A DNA stretch of 63,388 nucleotides, the filler included, from Octopus bimaculoides (lineage: Eukaryota): NCBI RefSeq assembly GCF_001194135.2. It is 3 parts of 3 records of this genome, joined end to end, with 100 filler letters (N's around TTAATTAATTAA, not from the genome) between each part and the next. Parts side by side here need not be neighbours in the genome. Positions count along the whole stretch, not along the records: positions 1 to 23,836 come from NC_068999.1; 2 more parts are not named here. One strand, 5' to 3'. The notes under the pieces are model-generated. The model ran no database searches and was not told the origin of the DNA. It was given only the letters and a program-made list of their open reading frames with translations. The position numbers were made by a program, and so were the translations under genes. This document shows positions 11,166 through 22,721 of this stretch, in pieces. Within the stretch, counting starts at the first letter, position 1; each line of letters opens with the position of its first letter.

Positions 11166-12716
11166 AATAATGATAATGAGAAAGAGAAAAACAACGAAAT
11201 AATGGATAGTAAAACTACAAGACAAAAAAGCATGAATTAATCTTGCGATAAATGTAAAATGGTTATAACGAAAGCAATTTTTGACATAAAATAAAATAAA
11301 GAAAATATTCGCAAAGTAGTGAAATGACAACGAAGAAAAACAGAAAAATAGATAAAACAAAATAACGAACACATGTAAAAATACCTCCTAAAATGAAAAG
11401 ACAGCAATAAAACTTGAAAGAAGGAAGGAAAGAATAAATAGAAGTATTTAAAACGTGGCGGCATAGAAGGAACTGTAAACTTTCGGTTGACAATTTGTTG
11501 CATCTAGAAATATTTTCTAATGGGTTTCAAATGTCAAGTCAGATGATTAATTGACAGGCACACATCAGTTTTGTTTGTGTATGTGTGTTTGTGTGTTTTA
11601 GAACGGAAAATGACAACAAAAAAAATCAAAACAAAAGAAAACAAACAAAAACAAGCAAGAAACAACAACAAAAGAACAAAAAGGGTGAAGGTGGAAATCT
11701 AACAATATTTTGAAACAAGGAATCGGTTAACCTTGTTCTGTTGGACTCTGTGTTTTTTTTTGTAATATAACGAGGGAGAGAAAATGAATTTTAAAAAGTA
11801 AAATAACTGAAAAATTGAAGAATATTTTCAGTGTTGTTTTGACTGATCATGCATATTAATGTGGACTAAGAAACATTTGTGAAAGTCGGAGAGAAAGAGA
11901 TAAAGAATGAGAGACAGGGATAGAGAAATTGATTGGTAAATAGAGAAGGGAGGGAGATATAGATGAATAGATATCGAGGGAAGGGGAGGAGAAGGAGAGA
12001 GAGATAGAGACAGATTATGAGAGAAATATAGGGTTATAGATATATATCGATAGGGAGATAGATGAAGAAAGAGACAAGATGAGAAATACAGAAAGATAGT
12101 GAGAGATACATTTATAGCAATAGAGGGAGAGAAAGAAGAGGCAATTATTATATATCCATATTTATACATATATTAGTTCAAATGGTTAAGAATCAAGGCA
12201 CATCAACATGTAAGACGCCACCGATTGGCTAGGTAGAATGACACTAAGCAGATAGTGAAATAATCCTCATCATAAGCACCAATTACACAGACTGGATATT
12301 GTTGTTAGGTAATTCTCAATTCCAATTATATATCAATGATCCCATTCCTGGGTGAACGCTTGGTGCGGCGTAACTATAACAAATGATAGACGCATGTAGG
12401 TTTCAGTTGTTTCGGTTGCAATCTATTTAATGCAATCGTAACAGGACCTCATCAGGCATTATTTAAACTTAGTTAACCACGACTTAGCCTTCGAACTTCA
12501 GCTAGTGGAATTTTAAAGTTGAGATAAGAATATATAAAAAAAAACAAGTGGGTGTGTTCAAGAACTGTCAATCAACTGATTGTAGCTCTAGTGATGCTAC
12601 CAGCAAGATAATGATATTCCTATTACTGATAGCCATAGCAACAATGTCCATCCATCACTATGTAATTGTAGAAATAGACATCAATGTTCTCTTAACAATT
12701 TGTATCTAACTAAAAA

Positions 12717-12935
12717 TATTCTTTTCTACTCTAGGCACAAGGCCTGAAATTTTGGTGGAGGGGGCCAGTCGATTAGATCGACTCCCGTACGCAACTGGTA
12801 CTTAATTTATCGACCCCGAAAGGATAAAAGGCAAAGTCAACTTCGGCGGAATTTATAACTCAGAACGTAAAAACATGAAAAACCGCTAAGCATTTCGTCC
12901 GGCGAGCTAACGTTTCTGCTAGCTTGCTGCCTTAC
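12717..12935 (-). mobile_element. Full-length SINE family B with an 11-bp target-site duplication
   Basis: CTAACTAAAAA at 12706-12716 and 12936-12946 flanks a complete copy (head aaggcagcaagctagcagaaacgttagc, tail cctagagtagaaaagaata on minus). Confidence 0.92.
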
Positions 12936-13344
12936 CTAACTAAAAACATTGTCTATAGATCTGGTGTTTAGCACAAATACACTTATCTACACAAGCTGTA
13001 TATCGAGTTGGTTCCACACTTTTGAAGGAAGAAATAAAACGAAAGTGACGTTACTAGTTAGAAAAGCCTGAGAAGTGAAAGATAACAGTGTTAGGTTTTA
13101 TATTATCAGGTACATTGCAAAGCTATGCTTTACATATATAATATATAAAATATAATGATGCGGTTTTGGAGTCAGATTTTGACTGCTATTTCTGGCATGG
13201 TGGTATCTCTTCGGTACCCTAACTTGTAATTTTAATTATATTATTATGTATCTATAATAATTATTACTTATAAGGTTTTTTCCATGCTGGCCACTTGATA
13301 TGATCGTTATTTTAAATAATGGTCTTATCCTCTTTATGTGTGCG

Positions 13345-13800
13345 TGAACTTTAGGTTAGTTTAATTATGTCTGTGGCGTGTATCAACGTCTAAAGGCAAA
13401 TTCACTACAGTTACCATAGAGAAAAAAATTCTCTCTTATGGTAAAAAATAGTGTTAAGCACCATATCTGTCCAGTGCTGCTGCCTTTCGGATTTCCAGAC
13501 ACTGCGTTTCTAGCATATTAGCCGTTATCAATGGGAAACACTACGTTTGAGGATTCGAAAGAAGGCAGCACTAGACTGTTCACTTATGACTAAACACTGC
13601 CTGGCGCTGCTACCGGCGGATTTATTGTGACCAGGCGGTCTAATAACGCAAGTCAATGTTATTGACTGTGTTTTAATTAAAGCTACGGCTTTAAATCTGT
13701 CCAGAGCTTCCTCTCTCTGGTATTTCCCATTGATATCGCCGAAAACGCTAGAAATGCAGTGTCTGAGAATCCAGAAGGAGGCAGCACTTGACAGGTGTGG
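13345..13800. repeat. Unclassified foldback repeat family A, locus 1
   Basis: 13467-13543 and 13718-13794 are ~77-bp inverted repeats (roughly 80% identical by eye); homologous to 28088-28580. Confidence 0.8.
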
Positions 13801-13809
13801 CATTTTTAA

Positions 13810-14040
13810 AACTTCAAGGCTGGGGCACCGCCTTGAAGAATTTTTGTCGAACGAATCAACTCCGGTAAATATTTTTTTGTTTAAACCTGAATCTTATTCT
13901 GTTACTCTCCATTTTTTGCCGCCGAACCGCTAAGTTACAAGGACATAAATACACACGAACATCAGTTGCGAAGTGGTGTTGGGGGACAAATAGAGACAGA
14001 AAGACACACATGCACACACACGTACACACACACATACACA
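13810..14040 (-). mobile_element. SINE family A, 3' half
   Basis: ggggcaccgccttgaag..gccgaaccgctaagttac..gggggacaaa, then (CA)n. Confidence 0.8.
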
Positions 14041-14574
14041 CACTCACACACACACACACATATATACACAGACATACACACATATGTATGTACACACAAA
14101 GAGAGAGCGAGCAAGAAGAGACAGAGAGATAGATAGATAGATAGAGATAGAGTGAGAGAAAGAAAGATAGAGAGAGGGAAGTAAATTAAAATAATGTACG
14201 AATTGCTTTTGAACCTTTGATTTAAAATTTAGTAAATTTATTAAAGTTATTAAATTGAAATTTAGAAAATAACTGAGCCAGGAAAACATTCACCAAAAAA
14301 ACTTCAACCTTTTAAACAGCAGCAGCAGCAGCAAATCCCAGAATATCAAACAAACGAGATCTGAAAATCGATTTGGAATAAAAGAGAGATGAACACTAAC
14401 AGGAATCATTGTGCACGAGGTTGCATTGGAACATCTGCACAGCAAAAAACCCCATAAAAGGCATACATGGATCAGAACTGGGTTTATTGAAGATGGATGA
14501 AACATTTGAAGGATTTTTGGTGAAGGAATATCGTGATGAATTAATTGGTCCAATGGAAGGGTTTCCCTGTTATT

Positions 14575-14986
14575 TTTTATCTTTCACTTGTCTCAGCCAT
14601 TAGTCTACGGCCAGGCTGGGGCATCGCCATGACGAATTCCAGTTGAGCGAAATCAACATTGGTATTTATTATTCCTTTTAATGTCTGGTACTTATTCTAT
14701 CAGTGTCTTTTACTGAACCGCAAGTTACGGGGACATAAACACACCAACACCGGTCGCAAAGCAAAGTTGTGGTGGGGGACAAACAGCAGACACAAAGACA
14801 CATATATATATAGGCATATATATTCGTACGATGGGGTTTCTTTCAATTTCCATCTACCAAATCCACTCTTAAGGCTTTGGCCGGCCTGAAGCTACAGTAG
14901 AAGAAACTTGCCCCAAGGTACTGCGCAGTGGAAATGAACCCGAAATCACAGGCCTGCAAAGCGAGCATCTTAACGACACAGCCATA
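14575..14986 (-). mobile_element. SINE family A, full length, diverged
   Basis: All modules are present in reverse order: tail, gaaccgcaagttacggggac, (CA/TA)n, ctaccaaatccactc, cttgccccaagg, tRNA head. Confidence 0.85.
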
Positions 14987-15297
14987 CGTAAGATATGATA
15001 TACATGAGCGCTATGGGTAAATATGAAAAAAAAACCCCATCTAATGTGGGTCATTAGAAAATAAGTTGCTAATCTTTGACCTACAGTAACCCTCGTTGGT
15101 TTGTGTTGGTTAGCGTAAACATCGAGGCTTTATGAGAGGTTTTATGAAAGGCAGCTGGTCGTAAGAGATGACAGTCCGTGCGTGTCTTTTCCTCTGTCTG
15201 TCCTATGTCAATGGTTAAAACGCTATCTCGATGTAAATAGCCTCCATAAGTGATACGTCACACAGCTATAAACTACGGCTGTATTAATGCATATGAG

Positions 15298-15584
15298 TGG
15301 AAGCGCAATGACCCAGTGGTTAGGGCAGCGAACTCGCGGTCATAGGATCGCGGTTTCGTTTCCCAGACCGGGCGTTGTGAGTGTTTATTGAGCGAAAACA
15401 CCTAAAGCTCCACGACGCTCCGGCACGGGATGGTGGTGAACCCTGCTGTACTCTTCCACCACAACTTTCTCTCACTCTTACTTCCTGTTTCTGTTGTGCC
15501 TGTAACTCAAAGGGCCAGCCTTGTCACTCTGTGTCACGCTGAATATCCCCGAGAACTACGTTAAGGGTACACGTGTCTGTGGAG
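15298..15584 (+). mobile_element. tRNA-derived SINE family C, running into a gap
   Basis: Head gcgcaatgacccagtggttagggcagcg..gtttcgtttccc; its 3' part is identical to 17823-17882 in reverse. Confidence 0.85.
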
Positions 15585-16555
15585 NNNNNNNNNNNNNNNN
15601 NNNNNNNNNNNNNNNNNNNNNNNNNNNNNNNNNNNNNNNNNNNNNNNNNNNNNNNNNNNNNNNNNNNNNNNNNNNNNNNNNNNNNNNNNNNNNNNNNNNN
15701 NNNNNNNNNNNNNNNNNNNNNNNNNNNNNNNNNNNNNNNNNNNNNNNNNNNNNNNNNNNNNNNNNNNNNNNNNNNNNNNNNNNNNNNNNNNNNNNNNNNN
15801 NNNNNNNNNNNNNNNNNNNNNNNNNNNNNNNNNNNNNNNNNNNNNNNNNNNNNNNNNNNNNNNNNNNNNNNNNNNNNNNNNNNNNNNNNNNNNNNNNNNN
15901 NNNNNNNNNNNNNNNNNNNNNNNNNNNNNNNNNNNNNNNNNNNNNNNNNNNNNNNNNNNNNNNNNNNNNNNNNNNNNNNNNNNNNNNNNNNNNNNNNNNN
16001 NNNNNNNNNNNNNNNNNNNNNNNNNNNNNNNNNNNNNNNNNNNNNNNNNNNNNNNNNNNNNNNNNNNNNNNNNNNNNNNNNNNNNNNNNNNNNNNNNNNN
16101 NNNNNNNNNATATACGACAAGAAATAATTTTTGTCTTTTTTATGAAGACAAAAGAGTTTATAAGACTGCAAAAAAGAAGTGCTCAAATGTAATTGAGACA
16201 GAGATGAAAAAACATTGATCAAAGAACAAACATCAAATTCGAGTCAAAGACTTTATATATAACACCACGCCTCCAAACATTTGATCATATACAAATATTA
16301 CCATGGCTCTTAAACATATAAAGTATACATATTTAAAAAAAAAAAAAAACCCACAGGAGGTAAAACAAAAATATATGCGAATAAAAATACAGATATATAG
16401 AACGGCTTATCAAGAAGATATATAAAATCGACTAAAAATTCTAAAGCGTGTCATGCGACAAAAATCTAAATAAAATAAAATATCAATCGACTAAAAAAAA
16501 TTTCTTATATATATATATATGTATATTAGAAGGTTTGGAGGTGATGTACAGGTAT

Positions 16556-16769
16556 TATATATTAGAAAAAATAATAAGATACTCAGAGATCTGGATGGTA
16601 ATACATTTAAAGATTTTTATTAATATGTCACATGTTTTTATAAATCATATGTTAGCGCTTGCATCTACTCTAATATATGATTTATAAAAACATGTGACAT
16701 ATTAATAAAAATCTGTAAATGTACAACCATCCAGATCTCTGAGTACCTTATTATTTTTTCTAATATATA
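16556..16769. repeat. Near-perfect inverted repeat (~100-bp arms, 14-nt loop)
   Basis: 16556-16655 pairs with 16670-16769 with about 5 mismatches; loop cgcttgcatctact. Confidence 0.97.
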
Positions 16770-16781
16770 TATGTATATGTT

Positions 16782-16813
<32 letters not shown>

Positions 16814-16909
16814 TGTATGTATGTATGTATGTATATATGTATGTATGTATATGAAGAGAGAGAGAGAGAGAGAGAGGAAGAGAGAGAGAAAAAGAGAAAG
16901 AGAGAGATA

Positions 16910-17215
16910 TGATCTGGACAACTTGAGATGGGAGGTGGTCGACCGCTTACACGGTTCTACATACGTAAACAAATTCTAAATAATAACAGAACTTCAAATT
17001 TAATCAATAAAAGTTTCTCCAAAACACCTCTTCATAACAACCCGTCTTAAAAACCTAATTAACAATTCACTCAAACCCACACATCCAAGGAAAATTTTAA
17101 CTGAACGAAGACTACACAAATCCAAGATTAACTTCAATGCATCGCAGTCTGACGATGGCTTTAAGTGGGCGAAACTTCGAAGTCACTGTCAGTAATATTC
17201 TTGTTTAAGAATAAT
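16910..17215 (+). mobile_element. Penelope-like element 3' fragment
   Basis: DNLRWEVVDR-like GIY-YIG C-terminal relic followed by the terminal ctgacgatggc..gcgaaacttcgaagtc motif. Confidence 0.5.
17144..17189 (+). ncRNA. Minimal type-I hammerhead ribozyme motif, possibly decayed
   Basis: Stem I GCAGU/ACUGU, core CUGACGA (17149-17155), GAAA (17171-17174), palindromic helix III ACUUCGAAGU and GUC cleavage triplet (C17184). Stem II is imperfect. Confidence 0.65.
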
Positions 17216-17719
17216 TCATTTGTACTCGAAAACGTATAGAGTAACCCATCAGATTAATGTAGAATTGTTTTTGTTATAACCGAACATAACAGCAAACATT
17301 AATATACCCCCACCTCACAAAGACGTACACATACACACATACATACACACACATACAGATACACACACACATATACCCACTCATGTACTTAGAGCTTTCG
17401 TGATTACAGTTAAAATATTCATAGCCATGGGATTATGAAGATTAACGAAGTCTTCTGTTTTATCCGACACAATGATATTAATTGGGCGGAATTAAACGTT
17501 GCTCTTGCAATCTAACGATTGTTTCTAACAATGTGAATGGCCCAAAGCAATATTAATTTGCTTCACTTTCGAGTACTAACGCAAGAGGTCAGTTCTCGCC
17601 ATAACGAAGAACGCCATCAAGTTTCAATCTTCTCCCGTCAATAATAATTATCGGAAAAAGGTATAAAAGCCGCAACTTCACATTATCGTTTCCTAAAATG
17701 CAGAATATTTATATCCTAT

Positions 17720-17882
17720 AGTTGTTGTTGTTGGCACTCCGTCGCCTACGACGACGAGGGTTCCAGTTCAGCCGATCAACGGAACAGCCTGCTCGTGAAA
17801 TTAACGTGCAAGTGGTTGAGCACTCCACAGACACGTGTACCCTTAACGTAGTTCTCGGGGATATTCAGCGTGACACAGAGTG
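17720..17882 (-). mobile_element. SINE family C 3' part with (AAC)n tail
   Basis: The reverse complement continues the 15525-15584 sequence and ends gacggagtgccaacaacaacaac. Confidence 0.85.
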
Positions 17883-17994
17883 GAAACAGACCCTGTGAGG
17901 TCTTTGACAATAGCTGCTGTCCGCTCTTAAAAGAGTTAACCGGAGCAAATAAAACCAGGAGCTCCGAGAAGTAGAATGATGTGATAATAGCAAT

Positions 17995-17997
17995 AGC

Positions 17998-18066
<69 letters not shown>
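17995..18066. repeat. (AAT)n microsatellite, probably the tail of the adjacent CRE fragment
   Basis: Direct reading. Confidence 0.95.
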
Positions 18067-18335
18067 CCTGTCTACCCGGATTATTATCGCGGGGAATGGT
18101 CAGTGACACTCGCTGCAGCAGACACCCCCACCACGCGGGGCTGATTTCTCAGACGAGTAGCGGTTATCCCTATTTTGCGGAGGAAATCGGTAATATGGGG
18201 TCTTACAACACCTCTCATCTCAACGGCAACTGGCACAAACTGGTAGTGGCCGGTTAAGGCCGTCCGTGTATTTATTGATTTTTCTCTTCGTTGCGTTACG
18301 GGCGGCGACACCCGGGTTTGCAGCTGAAGCTGCAA
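18067..18335 (-). mobile_element. CRE-clade non-LTR retrotransposon 3' end (restriction-like endonuclease C-terminus)
   Basis: Minus strand ALTGHYQFVPVAVEMRGVVRPHITDFLRKIG resembles the CRE C-terminal motif YxFVPVAxETxGxxGP..FL; followed by an (ATT)n tail. Confidence 0.7.
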
Positions 18336-18495
18336 GGCTGGGGTCAATGAGTAAACTTTTAACTCATTGATCCCTGAGGGATGAAAAGTAAAGTTGACAT
18401 AAATGGGATTTGAACTGAAAACGCAAAGAGCAACGAACAAATAAATACACCACGGCATTTTTTTCCGATGGTGCAACAATTCTACGTTTCATGGC
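18335..18495 (-). mobile_element. SINE family B, decayed
   Basis: attgatccctgagggatgaaaagtaaagttgac..gatttgaactgaaaacg..gcatttt. Confidence 0.7.
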
Positions 18496-18988
18496 CCCAC
18501 CAGAAAATAGATATAAATCTGAAAATTCCGACTCAGAAAGTACGATTTGAAATGCGTGATTAATTTCGTGTGAAATTCCTTGTTTTTAACAATTTACATT
18601 ATATGAGAAGAATTTATAATAATTAGACAGCTGTTTTTTCTCTCTTGTTTCAATATCTGACCTTTACATGTTAAAAGTAAAAAAGAAAAAAAGAATAAGG
18701 GCACAGCATATTTCAGATAGATAATGTTATAGAGACATATTGGTGCTAACGTCCTTAATGAGGGGAGTCAAAGAGAGAGAGAAAGAGAGAGAGGGGGGGG
18801 GAGAGAGAGAGAGAGAAGGAGAAAGTGTGTATTTGCGTGCGTGCGTGATTGAGAGAAACATATAGAACATTGACACACACACACATATATGTATGTATCA
18901 GACTATTTGGTCACGTGATATGTATAAGCACAGCCAGATAGACATACACTAATTCTTGCAAATAAACAGTCCCCACATTATTTACAGG

Positions 18989-19081
<93 letters not shown>

Positions 19082-19351
19082 ACAGAGGGAGAGAGTGAGA
19101 TGAAGAGAAAGGGAGAGATAATAAGAGGGAAGGAAGAAATGGTTGAGAGAGAGAGAGAGACAGACAGAGTGGGAGAGTGATGGGAAAGAAAGAGAAAGAG
19201 AGGGGAAGAAAGAAAAAGAGAGGTATTAATCTACACCAGAGCCACAATTTACATTCTTCTCACCAATATTTTCCCACGTATTATACACGGCGGCGACGAC
19301 GACGACGACGACCACCACCACCACCACTACCATAAATATATTATATACAAT

Positions 19352-19615
19352 ATGAGTGGCTGTGTGGTAAGTAGCTTGCTTACAAACCACATGGTCCCGG
19401 GTTCAGTCCCACTGCGTGGCATCTTGGGCAAGTGCCTTCTACTATAGCCTCGGGCCGACCAATGCCTTGTGAGTGGATTTGGTAGACGGAAACTGAAAGA
19501 AGCCCGTCGTATATATGTATATATATATATGTATGTGTGTATGTGTTTGTATGTCTGTGTTTGTCCCCCGAACATCGCTTGACAACCGATGCTGGTGTGT
19601 TTACGTCCCCGTAAC
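19352..19615 (+). mobile_element. SINE family A, near consensus, running into a gap
   Basis: gagtggctgtgtggtaagtagcttgc (A-box-like), gggttcagtcccactg (B-box-like), body, TA/TG linker, gtttacgtccccgtaac. Confidence 0.92.
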
Positions 19616-19879
19616 NNNNNNNNNNNNNNNNNNNNNNNNNNNNNNNNNNNNNNNNNNNNNNNNNNNNNNNNNNNNNNNNNNNNNNNNNNNNNNNNNNNNN
19701 NNNNNNNNNNNNNNNNNNNNNNNNNNNNNNNNNNNNNNNNNNNNNNNNNNNNNNNNNNNNNNNNNNNNNNNNNNNNNNNNNNNNNNNNNNNNNNNNNNNN
19801 NNNNNNNNNNNNNNNNNNNNNNNNNNNNNNNNNNNNNNNNNNNNNNNNNNNNNNNNNNNNNNNNNNNNNNNNNNNNNNN

Positions 19880-19919
<40 letters not shown>

Positions 19920-20359
19920 TATATGCACATGATATATATATGTACGTGTGTGTGGGTGTGTGTGTTGACCCTGTAAACAGAGCCGAGAAAAACCTCATGT
20001 AAGACACAAACAGATCAGATATGCTGATATCGTTTAGTAAATATATCTACGCCATGAAGAGATATCTTAGAAATACTTGTATAATTAGTTCTTACATCGC
20101 AGGATGTGTGCTCTTTTGCACGTATCAAAACCAGAGTGTCGTGTGTGTGTGTGTGTGTGTATGTATAGGTGTATTTATGCGTGTAATTACGTGTCTGTGT
20201 CTGTATGCAAGGATGCATGCATGCGTGGAGTTATACGAATGCGTTTTATGTGATTATGTTTGTAGGTGTTTAAGTGGCTGTGGAAAGAGTTTTGATATAA
20301 TTGAAGTGGTGGAGATTAAAAGGATTAAAAGAATCGATGGAGAAACGATGACATAACAA

Positions 20360-20406
<47 letters not shown>

Positions 20407-20463
20407 TTGAGGGTAAGACATAAAAAGATAGATAGACTGAGATAGAGATGAGGATAGACAGAT

Positions 20464-20510
<47 letters not shown>

Positions 20511-20934
20511 TAGGAAACAGCAAAGCGTTTGAGGAACAGGAATTGATAGGACTTCAGCACTGTATGTATGTATACGTGTGTATGTGTGTGTGTGTATGTG
20601 TATATTTATGTATGTATGTATGTGTATATTTATGTATGTATGTGTGTGTCTATTTATGTATGTATGTATGTGTGTATTTATGTATGTATGTATGTATGTG
20701 TATATTTATGTATGTATGTGCGTGTGTATTTATGTATGTATGAAACATATGTGCGGATATTTCTATATGTATATGTATATAATACGATAACACCCCATCC
20801 CACACACACACTCACAGACCCGGTGTTATCTCAGATAAATTCGTGATAAACGTAACACGGTTCAAACTGAACGTACCGTGTTATCCTGAATGGATCAACG
20901 ACGAATGAATCAGTGATAAACACACGCACACACA

Positions 20935-21070
20935 TACATCGGTTGGATTTCTTTATCTTTCCGCCTACCAAATCCGCAAACTATCACACATGAGACTTGC
21001 CCAAGGCACCACGCAGTGGGATTGAACCATGAATTTGGCTAGCAAACTTCTTATGACAAACCACGCCTGC
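20935..21070 (-). mobile_element. SINE family A, 5' half, decayed
   Basis: cctaccaaatcc..gacttgcccaaggcaccacgcagtgggattgaacc. Confidence 0.75.
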
Positions 21071-22168
21071 ACTCATATGAAATACGCTAATCAATAATCT
21101 ATATTTCAAACAATATATTATTATGTATAATGGCAGTGGAATTCACTTTATTTTCTATTTAATTCAATCGATTTCTCTTCTATTGTTATAAATTAGTGTA
21201 ATATCACGGACATACGTTCGTGTTTCGCGGTCAATTCATACATATTGCCGTCAGATACAAATATTGAACAGGCCAACAAAGAATTCATAAGTTGAAAAAT
21301 TATGCAATCGTATATATATATATATATATATATATATNNNNNNNNNNNNNNNNNNNNNNNNNNNNNNNNNNNNNNNNNNNNNNNNNNNNNNNNNNNNNNN
21401 NNNNNNNNNNNNNNNNNNNNNNNNNNNNNNNNNNNNNNNNNNNNNNNNNNNNNNNNNNNNNNNNNNNNNNNNNNNNNNNNNNNNNNNNNNNNNNNNNNNN
21501 NNNNNNNNNNNNNNNNNNNNNNNNNNNNNNNNNNNNNNNNNNNNNNNNNNNNNNNNNNNNNNNNNNNNNNNNNNNNNNNNNNNNNNNNNNNNNNNNNNNN
21601 NNNNNNNNNNNNNNNNNNNNNNNNNNNNNNNNNNNNNNNNNNNNNNNNNNNNNNNNNNNNNNNNNNNNNNNNNNNNNNNNNNNNNNNNNNNNNNNNNNNN
21701 NNNNNNNNNNNNNNNNNNNNNNNNNNNNNNNNNNNNNNNNNNNNNNNNNNNNNNNNNNNNNNNNNNNNNNNNNNNNNNNNNNNNNNNNNNNNNNNNNNNN
21801 NNNNNNNNNNNNNNNNNNNNNNNNNNNNNNNNNNNNNNNNNNNNNNNNNNNNNNNNNNNNNNNNNNNNNNNNNNNNNNNNNNNNNNNNNNNNNNNNNNNN
21901 NNNNNNNNNNNNNNNNNNNNNNNNNNNNNNNNNNNNNNNNNNNNNNNNNNNNNNNNNNNNNNNNNNNNNNNNNNNNNNNNNNNNNNNNNNNNNNNNNNNN
22001 NNNNNNNNNNNNNNNNNNNNNNNNNNNNNNNNNNNNNNNNNNNNNNNNNNNNNNNNNNNNNNNNNNNNNNNNNNNNNNNNNNNNNNNNNNNNNNNNNNNN
22101 NNNNNNNNNNNNNNNNNNNNNNNNNNNNNNNNNNNNNNNNNNNNNNNNNNNNNNNNNNNNNNNNNNNN

Positions 22169-22222
<54 letters not shown>

Positions 22223-22445
22223 ACTCAAAGAAAAAAATTAAAAGAGAACAGAAAGAGAAAATTAAGAGTTGTTTAGCAATTTTTTTAATGCATATTCTAT
22301 TAATAGAATAAAACTGCATTATACGAATATTATTTCCCATTTTTCGCCCTTGGAGGTAGTAAGTCTGATTAATAGCAGGAAATTTATGTATAATCATACA
22401 TATATGCACATATGAAAACATACGTTAATATATAACCATGTAAGT

Positions 22446-22485
<40 letters not shown>

Positions 22486-22495
22486 NNNNNNNNNN

Positions 22496-22532
<37 letters not shown>

Positions 22533-22684
22533 ATATGCCCATATATGTGTGTGTGTTGGGGGCATATGCATACACACAACATAGCTATTTAAACGCAAAC
22601 GCACACATATAGTAATGCCTGTGCATATGTATGTATATACCTGTACACACATGCATATACATACATCCACACATATATATACAT

Positions 22685-22721
<37 letters not shown>

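Noticed and set aside
13345-13800. Recurrent ~28-bp motif as a CRISPR-like array
   Set aside because: Copies are degenerate, in both orientations and irregularly spaced, in eukaryotic DNA with no cas genes.
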